Virus record (IMG/VR): IMGVR_UViG_3300021376_000006
From: a virus
Taxonomy: Duplodnaviria > Caudoviricetes
DNA length: 64,000 bases
Strand: one strand, 5' to 3'
Shown here: piece after piece, positions 47,916-56,393 of the stretch
How the letters are laid out: every line of letters begins with the position of its first letter
Numbering within the stretch: the first letter of the stretch is position 1
Notes under the pieces: generated by a model
What the model was told of the DNA's origin: nothing
The model's input: the letters and a program-made list of their open reading frames with translations, nothing else
Database searches by the model: none
Made by a program: the position numbers and the translations under genes

Positions 47916-48095
47916 GAACAAATTGGCCAAATTTAAATTAGATTTTAACCCATTATGTATTTTGTCTCTAGCCAGATCTCCTTGTGGATTAAATTTGTAA
48001 GATATAGGTACTGACCAATTTGTATCTACGTTTTCGGGTTGATCGGTTCCAGACCAATGTTCTAAATTATTTTTTTGATACCAGCTGTATGGCAT
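47898..48095 (-). pseudogene. Short ORF, possibly a truncated gene remnant
   Basis: 65 aa; its 3' end overlaps the RNase H promoter. WSGTD..E..W...ISYKFNPQG looks like an N-terminal fragment of a longer protein (recall, unverified). Confidence 0.3.
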
Positions 48096-48115
48096 TATTT
48101 TTGATTGCCAAAAAT

Positions 48116-48802
48116 TTAAATTCGTAATAGTTTTTTTAGATAAGGTGTTAAAAATTCAGCCCATTTCCTATGAGCAGCAGGACCAAAATGATATGACGAA
48201 TTTGATGTAAAACCACTGTCGGTGAGCCATTTCCAATAAGTCAGATTTGGATCATATGGATCAATAAAACAATGATGCCAATCTTTTTTTAATTGGTCAT
48301 TAAAATGATTAAAGGTATTGAAAAATAAATGAGGAATTTTCAAATCTAATAGCTGGGTATGAAAGTTGTAAATTTCATTGTGTGCTTTAGAAGTAACCAC
48401 GGACCAGTCTAAATTAATTATATAATTTTTATAACGTTCTTTTATTGGATCAGGCCAATCATTGCCTATACCACCACCATTAATTTGCCAATACACATCA
48501 TCATGCAACCACTCTTCTCTCTCCCATGTACTCCATCCAATAATTATTGCATCTGGTTTGTGATTTTCGAGATATTGTTTTGTTGTTCTTATAATTCTAG
48601 TATTAGAACTCGCCGATTCTGCGTCGCAATGTAAAATTGCAAATATATCATTAGCAATAATGCATCCATAACTTACACGTTCATTATCTGGATGTGGAAT
48701 ACGACCTAGTGCATAGTAAAATGGATCGTCTTCGGCAAAGCAATAATTGTTTACGGCTTCTGCACCGGCACTGTGACTGTCGCCATTTACATAAAGAATC
48801 AT
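48116..48802 (-). CDS. SGNH/GDSL-like protein, copy 8
   Basis: NGDSHSAG, AESASSN, GWSTWEREE, YHFGPAAH. Confidence 0.6.
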   Translation of the reverse strand: MILYVNGDSHSAGAEAVNNYCFAEDDPFYYALGRIPHPDNERVSYGCIIANDIFAILHCDAESASSNTRIIRTTKQYLENHKPDAIIIGWSTWEREEWLHDDVYWQINGGGIGNDWPDPIKERYKNYIINLDWSVVTSKAHNEIYNFHTQLLDLKIPHLFFNTFNHFNDQLKKDWHHCFIDPYDPNLTYWKWLTDSGFTSNSSYHFGPAAHRKWAEFLTPYLKKLLRI

Positions 48803-49197
48803 GAAATTTCTGTTCTTCCATTTCCTAAATCATTGCGGTCTACTCTTCTTGGTCTAGCATCAACTGGTTGATTTGCTTCCCACTGTTCAAAATTTTCGTT
48901 TAGAATATTGCGACACACACTCTGAAACCATCTATCCACAATCTCAGCATCGGTATCATCCTTTTTCTGCATGTACCCAGCTTTTACTAATCTAGCAACA
49001 AATACTTCGTTCCAGTCAAGTTCAAACGAACCGTTCCCGACATCATCTGCATCAAGTTCTATGCTTAATACACTGATGTACGGCTCACCTGCCTCGGTGG
49101 CCTGTTCTTTGGCCGACTTTATACGTTTGCCTACAGGTTTTTTTGGTTCATCGTTTATTGCTTGACTTGATGCTTTCTTTTTCATCCAATTAAACAT
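48799..49197 (-). CDS. Hypothetical protein
   Basis: 132 aa within the operon. Confidence 0.6.
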   Translation of the reverse strand: MFNWMKKKASSQAINDEPKKPVGKRIKSAKEQATEAGEPYISVLSIELDADDVGNGSFELDWNEVFVARLVKAGYMQKKDDTDAEIVDRWFQSVCRNILNENFEQWEANQPVDARPRRVDRNDLGNGRTEIS

Positions 49198-49399
49198 CTA
49201 CTTTTCCCCATTTAATTTTTAACCAAACACGTTCATGAATATAGTAATCTATACTTAACAAAACATGTAATGCAGTAGCAAAACCAGTACTTCGTCCGAC
49301 GTCGCTAATAAACAACCAAGTCCAAAAAATTGTAAATAGCCATGCCGTAATTCTATAGGTTAGCATTCTTGTAATTGTTCTAGTTTTCGTTTCGTTCAT
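49190..49399 (-). CDS. DUF2061-like small membrane protein
   Basis: ETKTRTITRMLTYRI...YYIHERVW.KIKWG. Confidence 0.7.
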   Translation of the reverse strand: MNETKTRTITRMLTYRITAWLFTIFWTWLFISDVGRSTGFATALHVLLSIDYYIHERVWLKIKWGKVDV

Positions 49400-49592
49400 A
49401 TCTTAATAACCCTGATTCGTAATAAAGTGCAGTTAAATCTAAATATTCTAACCTATAGGTTACAAAGGAAGGACGCCAAAATCTTGCTGTTTTATCTAGC
49501 CTTACAGTTATTACCCTTTTGTTTATTCGAATAGACCAAACACAAGAAAATCTTGACTTACAATAATAAAAGTTTATATCATTTTTAGTCAT
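49380..49592 (-). CDS. Hypothetical protein
   Basis: 70 aa, TGATG coupling with queE. Confidence 0.4.
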   Translation of the reverse strand: MTKNDINFYYCKSRFSCVWSIRINKRVITVRLDKTARFWRPSFVTYRLEYLDLTALYYESGLLRYERNEN

Positions 49593-50440
49593 CAAGTTCC
49601 CCATTCGTTTTTAAATAACGGTACTTGAAGTCTATCGCTGTATCGTAAACCATGTTTCATTGCTAACAGTGCAACGTTGCGGTTATTTAAAGTATATACA
49701 CTTTCAATACCTCCTACTGGCATAAGATAAATTGATCCTTTAAATCCTGCATTACGATACTGCTCTGTGGCTTTTAAAGCATCTGTGACATCTTCTTCGG
49801 TTGCCACAACAAACTTGAGATAGGTGTAACCAACAGTGGCATAATCGCACACAATGTTGGGTTTGATTGCATCTTCCCATGACTCTCCACTGACAGGTAG
49901 TTTTGCGCTTACACTGAATGTAACTTCTCTATCTCGAGACGCAGCAGTCCATTCGCCTAGATAATGTTTGAACTCTTTGGTTAGCTCTTGAGTACCGTTA
50001 GTTTCAAAAGTAATTTCTTTTAACTTTTGCATACGAGGATGATTCAGCAGATCTTCGTAACTACGCTGCCAACCTAGTAGAGGCTCGCCACCTGTAATAA
50101 CAAGATGTTCGTCCTTCCACTTGCTATGTGGAAGAATTTCCATAATTTGTTCCACAATTGCATCACTGGTTAGCATAGGACTAAGATCTTTGAATCTTGG
50201 ATCCCAGCTTGCATAACTGTCACAGCCTGTACTTACCAAAGGTAAATCATCGTATTTGTTGTAATAATGCACTCTTGCTGCTATATCTTCTACTTCTCTA
50301 CTTAGTTTTCCTCTAGGCATACCGAATCCTGCACATTTAAAGTTGCAACCAAATGTGCGAAGAAAGACACTAGGCACACCCATGTATCTGCCTTCGCCTT
50401 GGATTGAATAAAATAGTTCAGCTACTTTGATTTTACTCAT
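49592..50440 (-). CDS. queE: 7-carboxy-7-deazaguanine synthase (radical SAM)
   Basis: ELFYSIQGEG..G.PSVFLRTFGCNFKC...CDS..SW, VITGGEPL, TFETNGT, DRLQV. Confidence 0.85.
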   Translation of the reverse strand: MSKIKVAELFYSIQGEGRYMGVPSVFLRTFGCNFKCAGFGMPRGKLSREVEDIAARVHYYNKYDDLPLVSTGCDSYASWDPRFKDLSPMLTSDAIVEQIMEILPHSKWKDEHLVITGGEPLLGWQRSYEDLLNHPRMQKLKEITFETNGTQELTKEFKHYLGEWTAASRDREVTFSVSAKLPVSGESWEDAIKPNIVCDYATVGYTYLKFVVATEEDVTDALKATEQYRNAGFKGSIYLMPVGGIESVYTLNNRNVALLAMKHGLRYSDRLQVPLFKNEWGT

Positions 50441-50442
50441 GA

Positions 50443-50967
50443 TTATCCTTGGTAGGTTGCACTGTTAGCACCGTGCTCAAATACTTCTACACTTTTTATA
50501 CGCACAGTTGGATTGATTGGATAACGCAAAGCGTCACCGGCTAACAGTTCACTCATTTTGTCATAGCACATCTTGGCAAACATTTCGCACCCTACACCCG
50601 GAACAATGCGTAGATCACACAATGCACCTCGTTCGTATGGTTTAACTTGTTCTAAACTTCCGGTACCAGACATAGGCATGTTGCCCTGATGACTCATTCG
50701 TACAAAAAAATCTAGGTGAGGATCATCTTCGGCCACAATTAGAGTATGATCAAACATGTAGTCGGCCCATGACTTGAATTCTTTGAGACCTCCAAAGTCC
50801 ATGCACCAGTTTTTATCGTCTAGTGTATCACATTCAAATACCAGCCGAATGCCAATTGAATAACCGTGTAGCGTTGAACAATGGCTGTGTGTGGCACGCC
50901 ATTGTCTAAAGCAACAGCTGAGTCCTCGGTCGTTGCCATAAGTTTTTGTTGAGTAAAATTGTGCCAA
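50443..50967 (-). CDS. queD: 6-carboxy-5,6,7,8-tetrahydropterin synthase (QueD/PTPS)
   Basis: HSHCSTLHGY, MDFG, FDH, VFEH..NSATY; TTG start with AGGAG Shine-Dalgarno; adjacent to queE. Confidence 0.85.
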   Translation of the reverse strand: MAQFYSTKTYGNDRGLSCCFRQWRATHSHCSTLHGYSIGIRLVFECDTLDDKNWCMDFGGLKEFKSWADYMFDHTLIVAEDDPHLDFFVRMSHQGNMPMSGTGSLEQVKPYERGALCDLRIVPGVGCEMFAKMCYDKMSELLAGDALRYPINPTVRIKSVEVFEHGANSATYQG

Positions 50968-50974
50968 TTTAATT

Positions 50975-51061
50975 CTCCTATGTTAAATTTTAGCATAGGC
51001 CTGCAGAATTTGTAAAGCGGGATGAAGAGCCAGGAAGGCCGCTGTGTAAAGTTTTATTTAT
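50975..51061 (-). promoter_or_regulatory. queD leader: late promoter, internal sigma70 promoter and an RBS-sequestering hairpin
   Basis: ATAAATA (51055-61); stem AGCGG/CCGCT (51043-39 and 51020-16); TTTACA (51016-11), 18 nt, extended -10 TGcTAAAAT (50992-87); stem CCTATG/CATAGG (50999-94 and 50982-77) covering AGGAG. Confidence 0.6.
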
Positions 51062-51233
51062 TAATGTATATGCAGTTAGCTGAAACTCTGTATCTATCTG
51101 ATTTCCAGGCTTGACGAACATAATCTCTTGTCTTTTCGCATTCTTCAAAATTTTGAGTTGGAAAACTTATAGAACCTCGAGATGATGGCACATTTGGATT
51201 AATTGCATGCAACATAATTATTAGAGTCCACAT
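51054..51233 (-). CDS. Small hypothetical protein, 59 aa
   Basis: ATG at 51233 lies 5 nt after a perfect TATAAATA; two Cys; hydrophobic N-terminus. Confidence 0.5.
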   Translation of the reverse strand: MWTLIIMLHAINPNVPSSRGSISFPTQNFEECEKTRDYVRQAWKSDRYRVSANCIYINK

Positions 51234-51238
51234 AAAAA

Positions 51239-51246
51239 TATTTATA
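51239..51246 (-). promoter_or_regulatory. T4 late promoter consensus TATAAATA
   Basis: Exact match, intergenic. Confidence 0.65.
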
Positions 51247-51273
51247 CTACAGTTTCCCAGGCATGTCTTTCCA

Positions 51274-51558
51274 TTACAGTTTGAATATTGTTGGCAGTAA
51301 CATACTGGCAGTACTAGCATCATCCCCGTGAAAGTGAAGTCTAGTACCGCCTGTGCCATTTTGGTGATGATGACAACGTTTTGCCTTGCCGTAACTAACA
51401 TATTTCACAATTTGTTCTCGACCACGACTGTCCCAAAATTTAGATTCAATTACAGTGCCGTCAATCATCTTGTACCACTCTATCATATCATCAGTGAGTT
51501 CGTCTACATCAATCCAGACCGCATACGTTACTGTGCAACCTGGTGGTAAAGCTATCAT
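51274..51558 (-). CDS. Hypothetical protein, possibly frameshifted near its 3' end
   Basis: ATGA coupling with the PRTase gene; 8-nt direct repeat near the end (see findings). Confidence 0.5.
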   Translation of the reverse strand: MIALPPGCTVTYAVWIDVDELTDDMIEWYKMIDGTVIESKFWDSRGREQIVKYVSYGKAKRCHHHQNGTGGTRLHFHGDDASTASMLLPTIFKL

Positions 51559-52103
51559 TGAGCCCACCACGTTTCCCAAGGAAAAACAACCCAACAAGGA
51601 TCATCGAGTTTGTTTATGTTGCGACCGCTATAGCTAATACCTTCGTAGCTGCTGGCTTCATTGTTTACAACAACTGCGAATCTTACATTACGGTTCCAGA
51701 TTGCCGACCATGCAGGATGATTGGGCAAGCAACTGCTCTGCCAATCTTGTCTAATCCATTCTAGTGTAGCACCTGAGTCATTGATGTCATCCACTATCAA
51801 TATTTTTTTTCGATAAGCAGGATCAGTGTCTGCATCACCTGAACCACGTTCGTCTTTGGGCACATAACCAAATGCCTGTTCGGCCATCCATAAATTACTT
51901 TCAGATTCCCCACCGTCACGCAAGCTCACTTTAAGTGTTTCACAAGGAACACCAAAGTAATGACTGATCATTACAGCAGGTTGCAATCCGCCCCGAGTTA
52001 TACCAACTACATAATCTGGACGCCAATTACTATTTGCAATATCTCTGCACAGTTTGTTGACCAAACCTTTGAATTCAGAATCTGAAATAATTAGTTGTTT
52101 CAT
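51555..52103 (-). CDS. Type I phosphoribosyltransferase (purine/xanthine-guanine PRT-like)
   Basis: YVVGITRGGL, ILIVDDINDSGAT (PRPP loop), WVVFPWE. Confidence 0.85.
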   Translation of the reverse strand: MKQLIISDSEFKGLVNKLCRDIANSNWRPDYVVGITRGGLQPAVMISHYFGVPCETLKVSLRDGGESESNLWMAEQAFGYVPKDERGSGDADTDPAYRKKILIVDDINDSGATLEWIRQDWQSSCLPNHPAWSAIWNRNVRFAVVVNNEASSYEGISYSGRNINKLDDPCWVVFPWETWWAQ

Positions 52104-52291
52104 CAGTCTCTTTCCATAAGTGAAGCTTCTTTGATAAGTGCTACCAATTCATCCAAGGTGTTACACAAAATTTTTGCATTGGCCCAATCGCCATCTTCGG
52201 TGCGACCACCAGCTTCAAACATGAAACCGTTGTCATACATGCTGTCAGTAAAGCTGTCGTTGATTTTGTTTAATTTGTCTTCGATTTTCAT
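52103..52291 (-). CDS. Hypothetical protein
   Basis: 62 aa, coupled on both sides. Confidence 0.55.
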   Translation of the reverse strand: MKIEDKLNKINDSFTDSMYDNGFMFEAGGRTEDGDWANAKILCNTLDELVALIKEASLMERD

Positions 52292-52515
52292 TTTAATCCT
52301 TTCTTGAGTTTATCTTCTTTCATGCCTTGTGCTATCATTTTTTTAAAAATTAATACCACTCTATTTTTCTCCTTTTCAGAGAGAAACTTTACCAACATCA
52401 ACTTGTCTTCGTAACTTTTTGCGTTGTCAAGAAATTCTTCAGGTACTGTAATTTTTGGTTTTTTTGGTTTGAATTTCTTGAGTTCAGCTTTGACATCTTT
52501 TTCTTCATCAGACAT
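52288..52515 (-). CDS. Hypothetical Lys/Glu-rich protein
   Basis: 75 aa, AAGGAG Shine-Dalgarno, TTAAATA in a hairpin loop upstream (52529-52545). Confidence 0.55.
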   Translation of the reverse strand: MSDEEKDVKAELKKFKPKKPKITVPEEFLDNAKSYEDKLMLVKFLSEKEKNRVVLIFKKMIAQGMKEDKLKKGLK

Positions 52516-52542
52516 GACGGGCTCCTTTTAGCGTATTTAACG

Positions 52543-53238
52543 CTATCTGGGAGCAAATTCTTGTTGTAGTTTAACGTTGTCAAAAAATTCTTTTTTGGTT
52601 GCAGCATCGTCTTTGAATGCGCCTCTCAACACTGTTGTTTGGGTAAGACTGCTATGTGCCATAATGCCTCTATTCTCGCAGCAACCGTGCGTGGCTTGTA
52701 TATAAACTGCCACATCCTTACTTCCAGTTGCAAACTCAATTTCTCTGGCGATATCCATACATAGTTCTTCTTGAAGTGTGCCGCGCCGCGCACACCATTG
52801 TGCAATTCGCGTGTACTTCGAGAGACCAATGAGTTTGGGTCCAGCAATAATACCAATATAAGCAACACCCGACACAGGTTGATGATGATGGCTACAAACA
52901 CTTTTAAGTTCGCTTCGAACTACAAGCATTCCGTCGTATGCCCCATCAGTGTCATTTGGAAATGCAGTTGCGTTGGGTGTAGGATCATATCTACCTGCCA
53001 TCAATTCATAGTAATACATTTTGGCAAGACGTCTTGCTGTGCCTTTACTGTTGGGATCAGTTGCTCGGTCAATCAACAATGTATCTAGCACTTGTTCAAA
53101 AGCCTCTGTGGCTTCGTCAATCAACTGATCTCGATCTTCGTCATTCACATAACTGCTTATGTTGTCACCGGCCCAATATCTCTTGCCGTCTGCCTGCATC
53201 TGTTCTCTAATACGATCACTTACTCTTGTATATTTCAT
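52543..53238 (-). CDS. folE: GTP cyclohydrolase I
   Basis: GTARRLAKMY, SVCSHHHQP, GLSKY.RI, LQEEL, HGCCENRG, FKDD. Confidence 0.92.
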   Translation of the reverse strand: MKYTRVSDRIREQMQADGKRYWAGDNISSYVNDEDRDQLIDEATEAFEQVLDTLLIDRATDPNSKGTARRLAKMYYYELMAGRYDPTPNATAFPNDTDGAYDGMLVVRSELKSVCSHHHQPVSGVAYIGIIAGPKLIGLSKYTRIAQWCARRGTLQEELCMDIAREIEFATGSKDVAVYIQATHGCCENRGIMAHSSLTQTTVLRGAFKDDAATKKEFFDNVKLQQEFAPR

Positions 53239-53850
53239 TTAATCTCCAATAATTGCGATATCTCTTAGATCTGGATATTCGTGATATTTAGGTTGTTCAT
53301 TCAGTGTTAGAAGTTTTTCTAAACCGATCCTTGCATCTTCGATAGTGGGGCGATAATGATAACCAACCTTGAAAACACGCTGTTCCTGCCACGGCAAGAA
53401 ATTGAGATTTCTTCCGTCATAGCGTTGTTGTAATAGTATATCATATGCCTCGTAATCGTCTAACAGTATAGCACCACCGTGGCCTATCTGTAAAGGTTTA
53501 TTATGACCAAAACTCAAACACTGCATCATACCAGGCCGATACATGCCGTCTTCCAATCTTCTAGCACTATCCCAAATGTCTGTTCCGTAAAATCTATACT
53601 CACCTGTCCATTTTTCTGGAACTAATTTGTATTCTATTCCTAACTTGTGCATGATCATTGGGATTGATAGATAGGTGTATGCGGTAAACTTGACTCGTTG
53701 AACCTTATTGTAGCGCAAACATAACTCAATCGCATGTGTACAGCAATCAGTCATTATGGCATAAGGTGCACCAGTTTTCTTTGCTAATAATTTTTCAAAT
53801 TGCGCTATTTCTTCAAAGGCCACGTGTGTACCATTTATAAGCTGAATCAA
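53239..53850 (-). CDS. Short DegT-like PLP-dependent enzyme
   Basis: TDCCTHAIEL, WDSAR, CLSFGHNKPL..G.GGAIL; only about 200 aa. Start uncertain. Confidence 0.65.
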   Translation of the reverse strand: MIQLINGTHVAFEEIAQFEKLLAKKTGAPYAIMTDCCTHAIELCLRYNKVQRVKFTAYTYLSIPMIMHKLGIEYKLVPEKWTGEYRFYGTDIWDSARRLEDGMYRPGMMQCLSFGHNKPLQIGHGGAILLDDYEAYDILLQQRYDGRNLNFLPWQEQRVFKVGYHYRPTIEDARIGLEKLLTLNEQPKYHEYPDLRDIAIIGD

Positions 53851-54778
53851 CGATTTGGTTGATAGTTGAATAGTTAGGACGCCAGTTCAGTACTGATTGT
53901 GCTAGGCCAGCATCTGCAACTAGTTGATCCGGATCTCCGGGCCTACGTTCGCCTACGTGTAATTTTAACGGTCCATATTTTAATGTAATATAATCTACAA
54001 TTTCTTGATTGCTTATTCCGCTATTGGTTCCCAAATTAAACACTGCAAATTGCTGATCAGTGTTCCAATGTATAGCTCTATGATGTGCATCAGCTAAATC
54101 CCATACATGAATGTAATCTCTAATACAGGTTCGATCTGGTGTTGCAAAGTCTACACCGTTTAGAGTGAAAAATTCATCACGAATTTTAGATTCTAATAAT
54201 CTAGCAATGATGTGTCCTGCGCCCGGTGCTTGACCTAGGTCGTGATTGTAAGGTTCGGCACCGGCGGCGTTAAAGTATCTAAAACAAACACCAGGTAATC
54301 CGTATGCTTGGTTATAATTTTGAAGCACTACTTCAATAATATCTTTAGTGTGGCCGTATGGACTAATAGGTTTTATCCTGTCAGTTTCAACCAGTGGAAC
54401 ATGATCAGGGTTGCCGTACACACTAGCACTAGAACTAAAAAGAATAATCGGTTTCTTTTTATAATCCTTAACATGATTTAAAAATGTAATTGTCTTTGCT
54501 ACATTGTTATCATAATATTTTGCCGGATCTTCAACACTTTCTCTAACAGAGATATCCCCGGCACAATGTACAATGACATCGGGTTGTAATTCGTCTAACC
54601 ATAATAAACTTTGTTTAGATACATAGTCAGTATGTAAAAATCCATCAACATTTTTTAATGTGTGATCTCTACGCTCACTATCAATAACATACACACTTGA
54701 ATTTTTGTTGTGTTGTTTTAAATAGCGAGAAATGTGACTACCAATGTAGCCACATCCGCCTGTAATGACAATTTTCAT
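53813..54778 (-). CDS. galE: UDP-glucose 4-epimerase-like
   Basis: ITGGCGYIGSH, FSSSASVYG, PYGHTK, FRYFNAAGA, IRDYIHVWDLADAH, RRPGDP. Confidence 0.85.
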   Translation of the reverse strand: MKIVITGGCGYIGSHISRYLKQHNKNSSVYVIDSERRDHTLKNVDGFLHTDYVSKQSLLWLDELQPDVIVHCAGDISVRESVEDPAKYYDNNVAKTITFLNHVKDYKKKPIILFSSSASVYGNPDHVPLVETDRIKPISPYGHTKDIIEVVLQNYNQAYGLPGVCFRYFNAAGAEPYNHDLGQAPGAGHIIARLLESKIRDEFFTLNGVDFATPDRTCIRDYIHVWDLADAHHRAIHWNTDQQFAVFNLGTNSGISNQEIVDYITLKYGPLKLHVGERRPGDPDQLVADAGLAQSVLNWRPNYSTINQIVDSAYKWYTRGL

Positions 54779-55971
54779 TAGTACTTGCTTTCGTGTGTGT
54801 GTTTACGATAGTCTGTACTCATTCGCAACCAGGATTCTCCGTTGCCTTGGAGAATATCGCAGATCCTATCAATAGTCGAGTCGTTCCACGCACTAAACTT
54901 GCCCATGTTGTTGTGCGGATGTTGTAAGAGGGGTACAAGTTTTTGTATTGCATCTCTAATCGACCACGGGACATAAAGTCTCTCGCTATCATTTGCAAAA
55001 GCTTCGGGGAAACTTCTGTAGGCGGGGTATAAAATATTAGCCCCAAGAGCGTCAGCTTCACTTGCTGTGTTCGAAACCCAATCCTGTAGAGCACAATTAA
55101 ACAATACTCGCGTATCCGTGAGTAATTCATAGTAATCATTCTTTTCAAGATCTTCATACACAGTCAGTTTGCCTTCGGCCTGCAGTCTACGTGTACGTTC
55201 CATGTAACTGCTATTGTTACTACGCAACTTGCTGCCGCTGAATACACAGAATTCTACCCGGGGCCAATCGTTATATGGCAATGTCTGCAGTCTATGATAT
55301 TCTTCGATTAGATCCATGTAGAAGTCTGGCTGCTTCTCTTGATCCCACCTAGCAGCAAAACCTACACGGTAAGCTCTATCTTCGAATCTTTTTAGATCTC
55401 CGGGTACACGACTGCGTACTTCGTCTTTACCAAACGCCAGTCCACTGATATTATACAGCCTACCCTGCCAGCCTGCAACCTTCATGTGCATGACCATTTC
55501 TTCATTAGTGGCAAGAATTATATCGGCAAACGAGTCGACCATCTTTTCATAGTGTCCCATCCATTCTTGCATACCCCATACATGAACAAAATCATCGGGG
55601 TCAATAGTTTGTGCAAGACAGCGAACGGCAATGCGAGGACGGCTACCAGCGTCCACTTGATCCAAAATGTAAGGTAGGCTTTCGATGCCGGGTTGAAACA
55701 TGTCCTCAAAGTATACAACATCTTCATTAGTAACTGCTCCTGCTTTCATTAGACGAATAAGATTCATAAGTTGGCTCATGCCAAAATATGTACGACCATG
55801 TGCATCAAGGACTTGACCAGTAACAATAGCTTGGTCATTGCTTAGTGTGTCGCCGGGCACAATTTCATAGTCGATGCCGCGGCGTTCAAACACTGCACGA
55901 TTCCATTCTTGTAATTGTAATGTATAACGTGCCTTATAAGGCTCTAGGCCCATGTACCATAATTTACGCAT
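54778..55971 (-). CDS. GT-B (GT4-like) glycosyltransferase
   Basis: GFAARWDQEKQPDF, FNCALQDWVSNTASEADALG..LYP..RSFPE; adjacent to galE. Confidence 0.65.
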   Translation of the reverse strand: MRKLWYMGLEPYKARYTLQLQEWNRAVFERRGIDYEIVPGDTLSNDQAIVTGQVLDAHGRTYFGMSQLMNLIRLMKAGAVTNEDVVYFEDMFQPGIESLPYILDQVDAGSRPRIAVRCLAQTIDPDDFVHVWGMQEWMGHYEKMVDSFADIILATNEEMVMHMKVAGWQGRLYNISGLAFGKDEVRSRVPGDLKRFEDRAYRVGFAARWDQEKQPDFYMDLIEEYHRLQTLPYNDWPRVEFCVFSGSKLRSNNSSYMERTRRLQAEGKLTVYEDLEKNDYYELLTDTRVLFNCALQDWVSNTASEADALGANILYPAYRSFPEAFANDSERLYVPWSIRDAIQKLVPLLQHPHNNMGKFSAWNDSTIDRICDILQGNGESWLRMSTDYRKHTHESKY

Positions 55972-56393
55972 TATTTTTCTCCTGTATCTGTAGCGACCTT
56001 GATATTTAGACCGCGTAGTGCGCTGTCAGGAATTTGTACTCTCGTTGACTTTTGAGCTATCACACTGTTCCAATATTCTTGTGCTCGATAGCCACCTTGT
56101 GTGAAATTCTTTTCAGGGTAAGAAAGTTGATTTTTCAATGATTGTACTTGATCATCAAGTCTTTTGATCCATCTCCAATGATCTTTTATGTCTTCTTGCA
56201 TTCTACGCAATGGCCCTTGAGCTCGAACATCTGCTTCATTATCTCCGCTATCAGTCAATATCACCATCATCATGAGTTGACGTAGTGCATTCTTTACTCT
56301 AGGATCATCGCTGGTCATTGCTCGATCAAACATTTCCGTCAAACGTTCTAGATCGAAGTTGGCTGCGTCTTTTTCTCTCATTGCTCCACTCAT
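55971..56393 (-). CDS. Hypothetical protein
   Basis: 140 aa, coupled. Confidence 0.55.
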   Translation of the reverse strand: MSGAMREKDAANFDLERLTEMFDRAMTSDDPRVKNALRQLMMMVILTDSGDNEADVRAQGPLRRMQEDIKDHWRWIKRLDDQVQSLKNQLSYPEKNFTQGGYRAQEYWNSVIAQKSTRVQIPDSALRGLNIKVATDTGEK

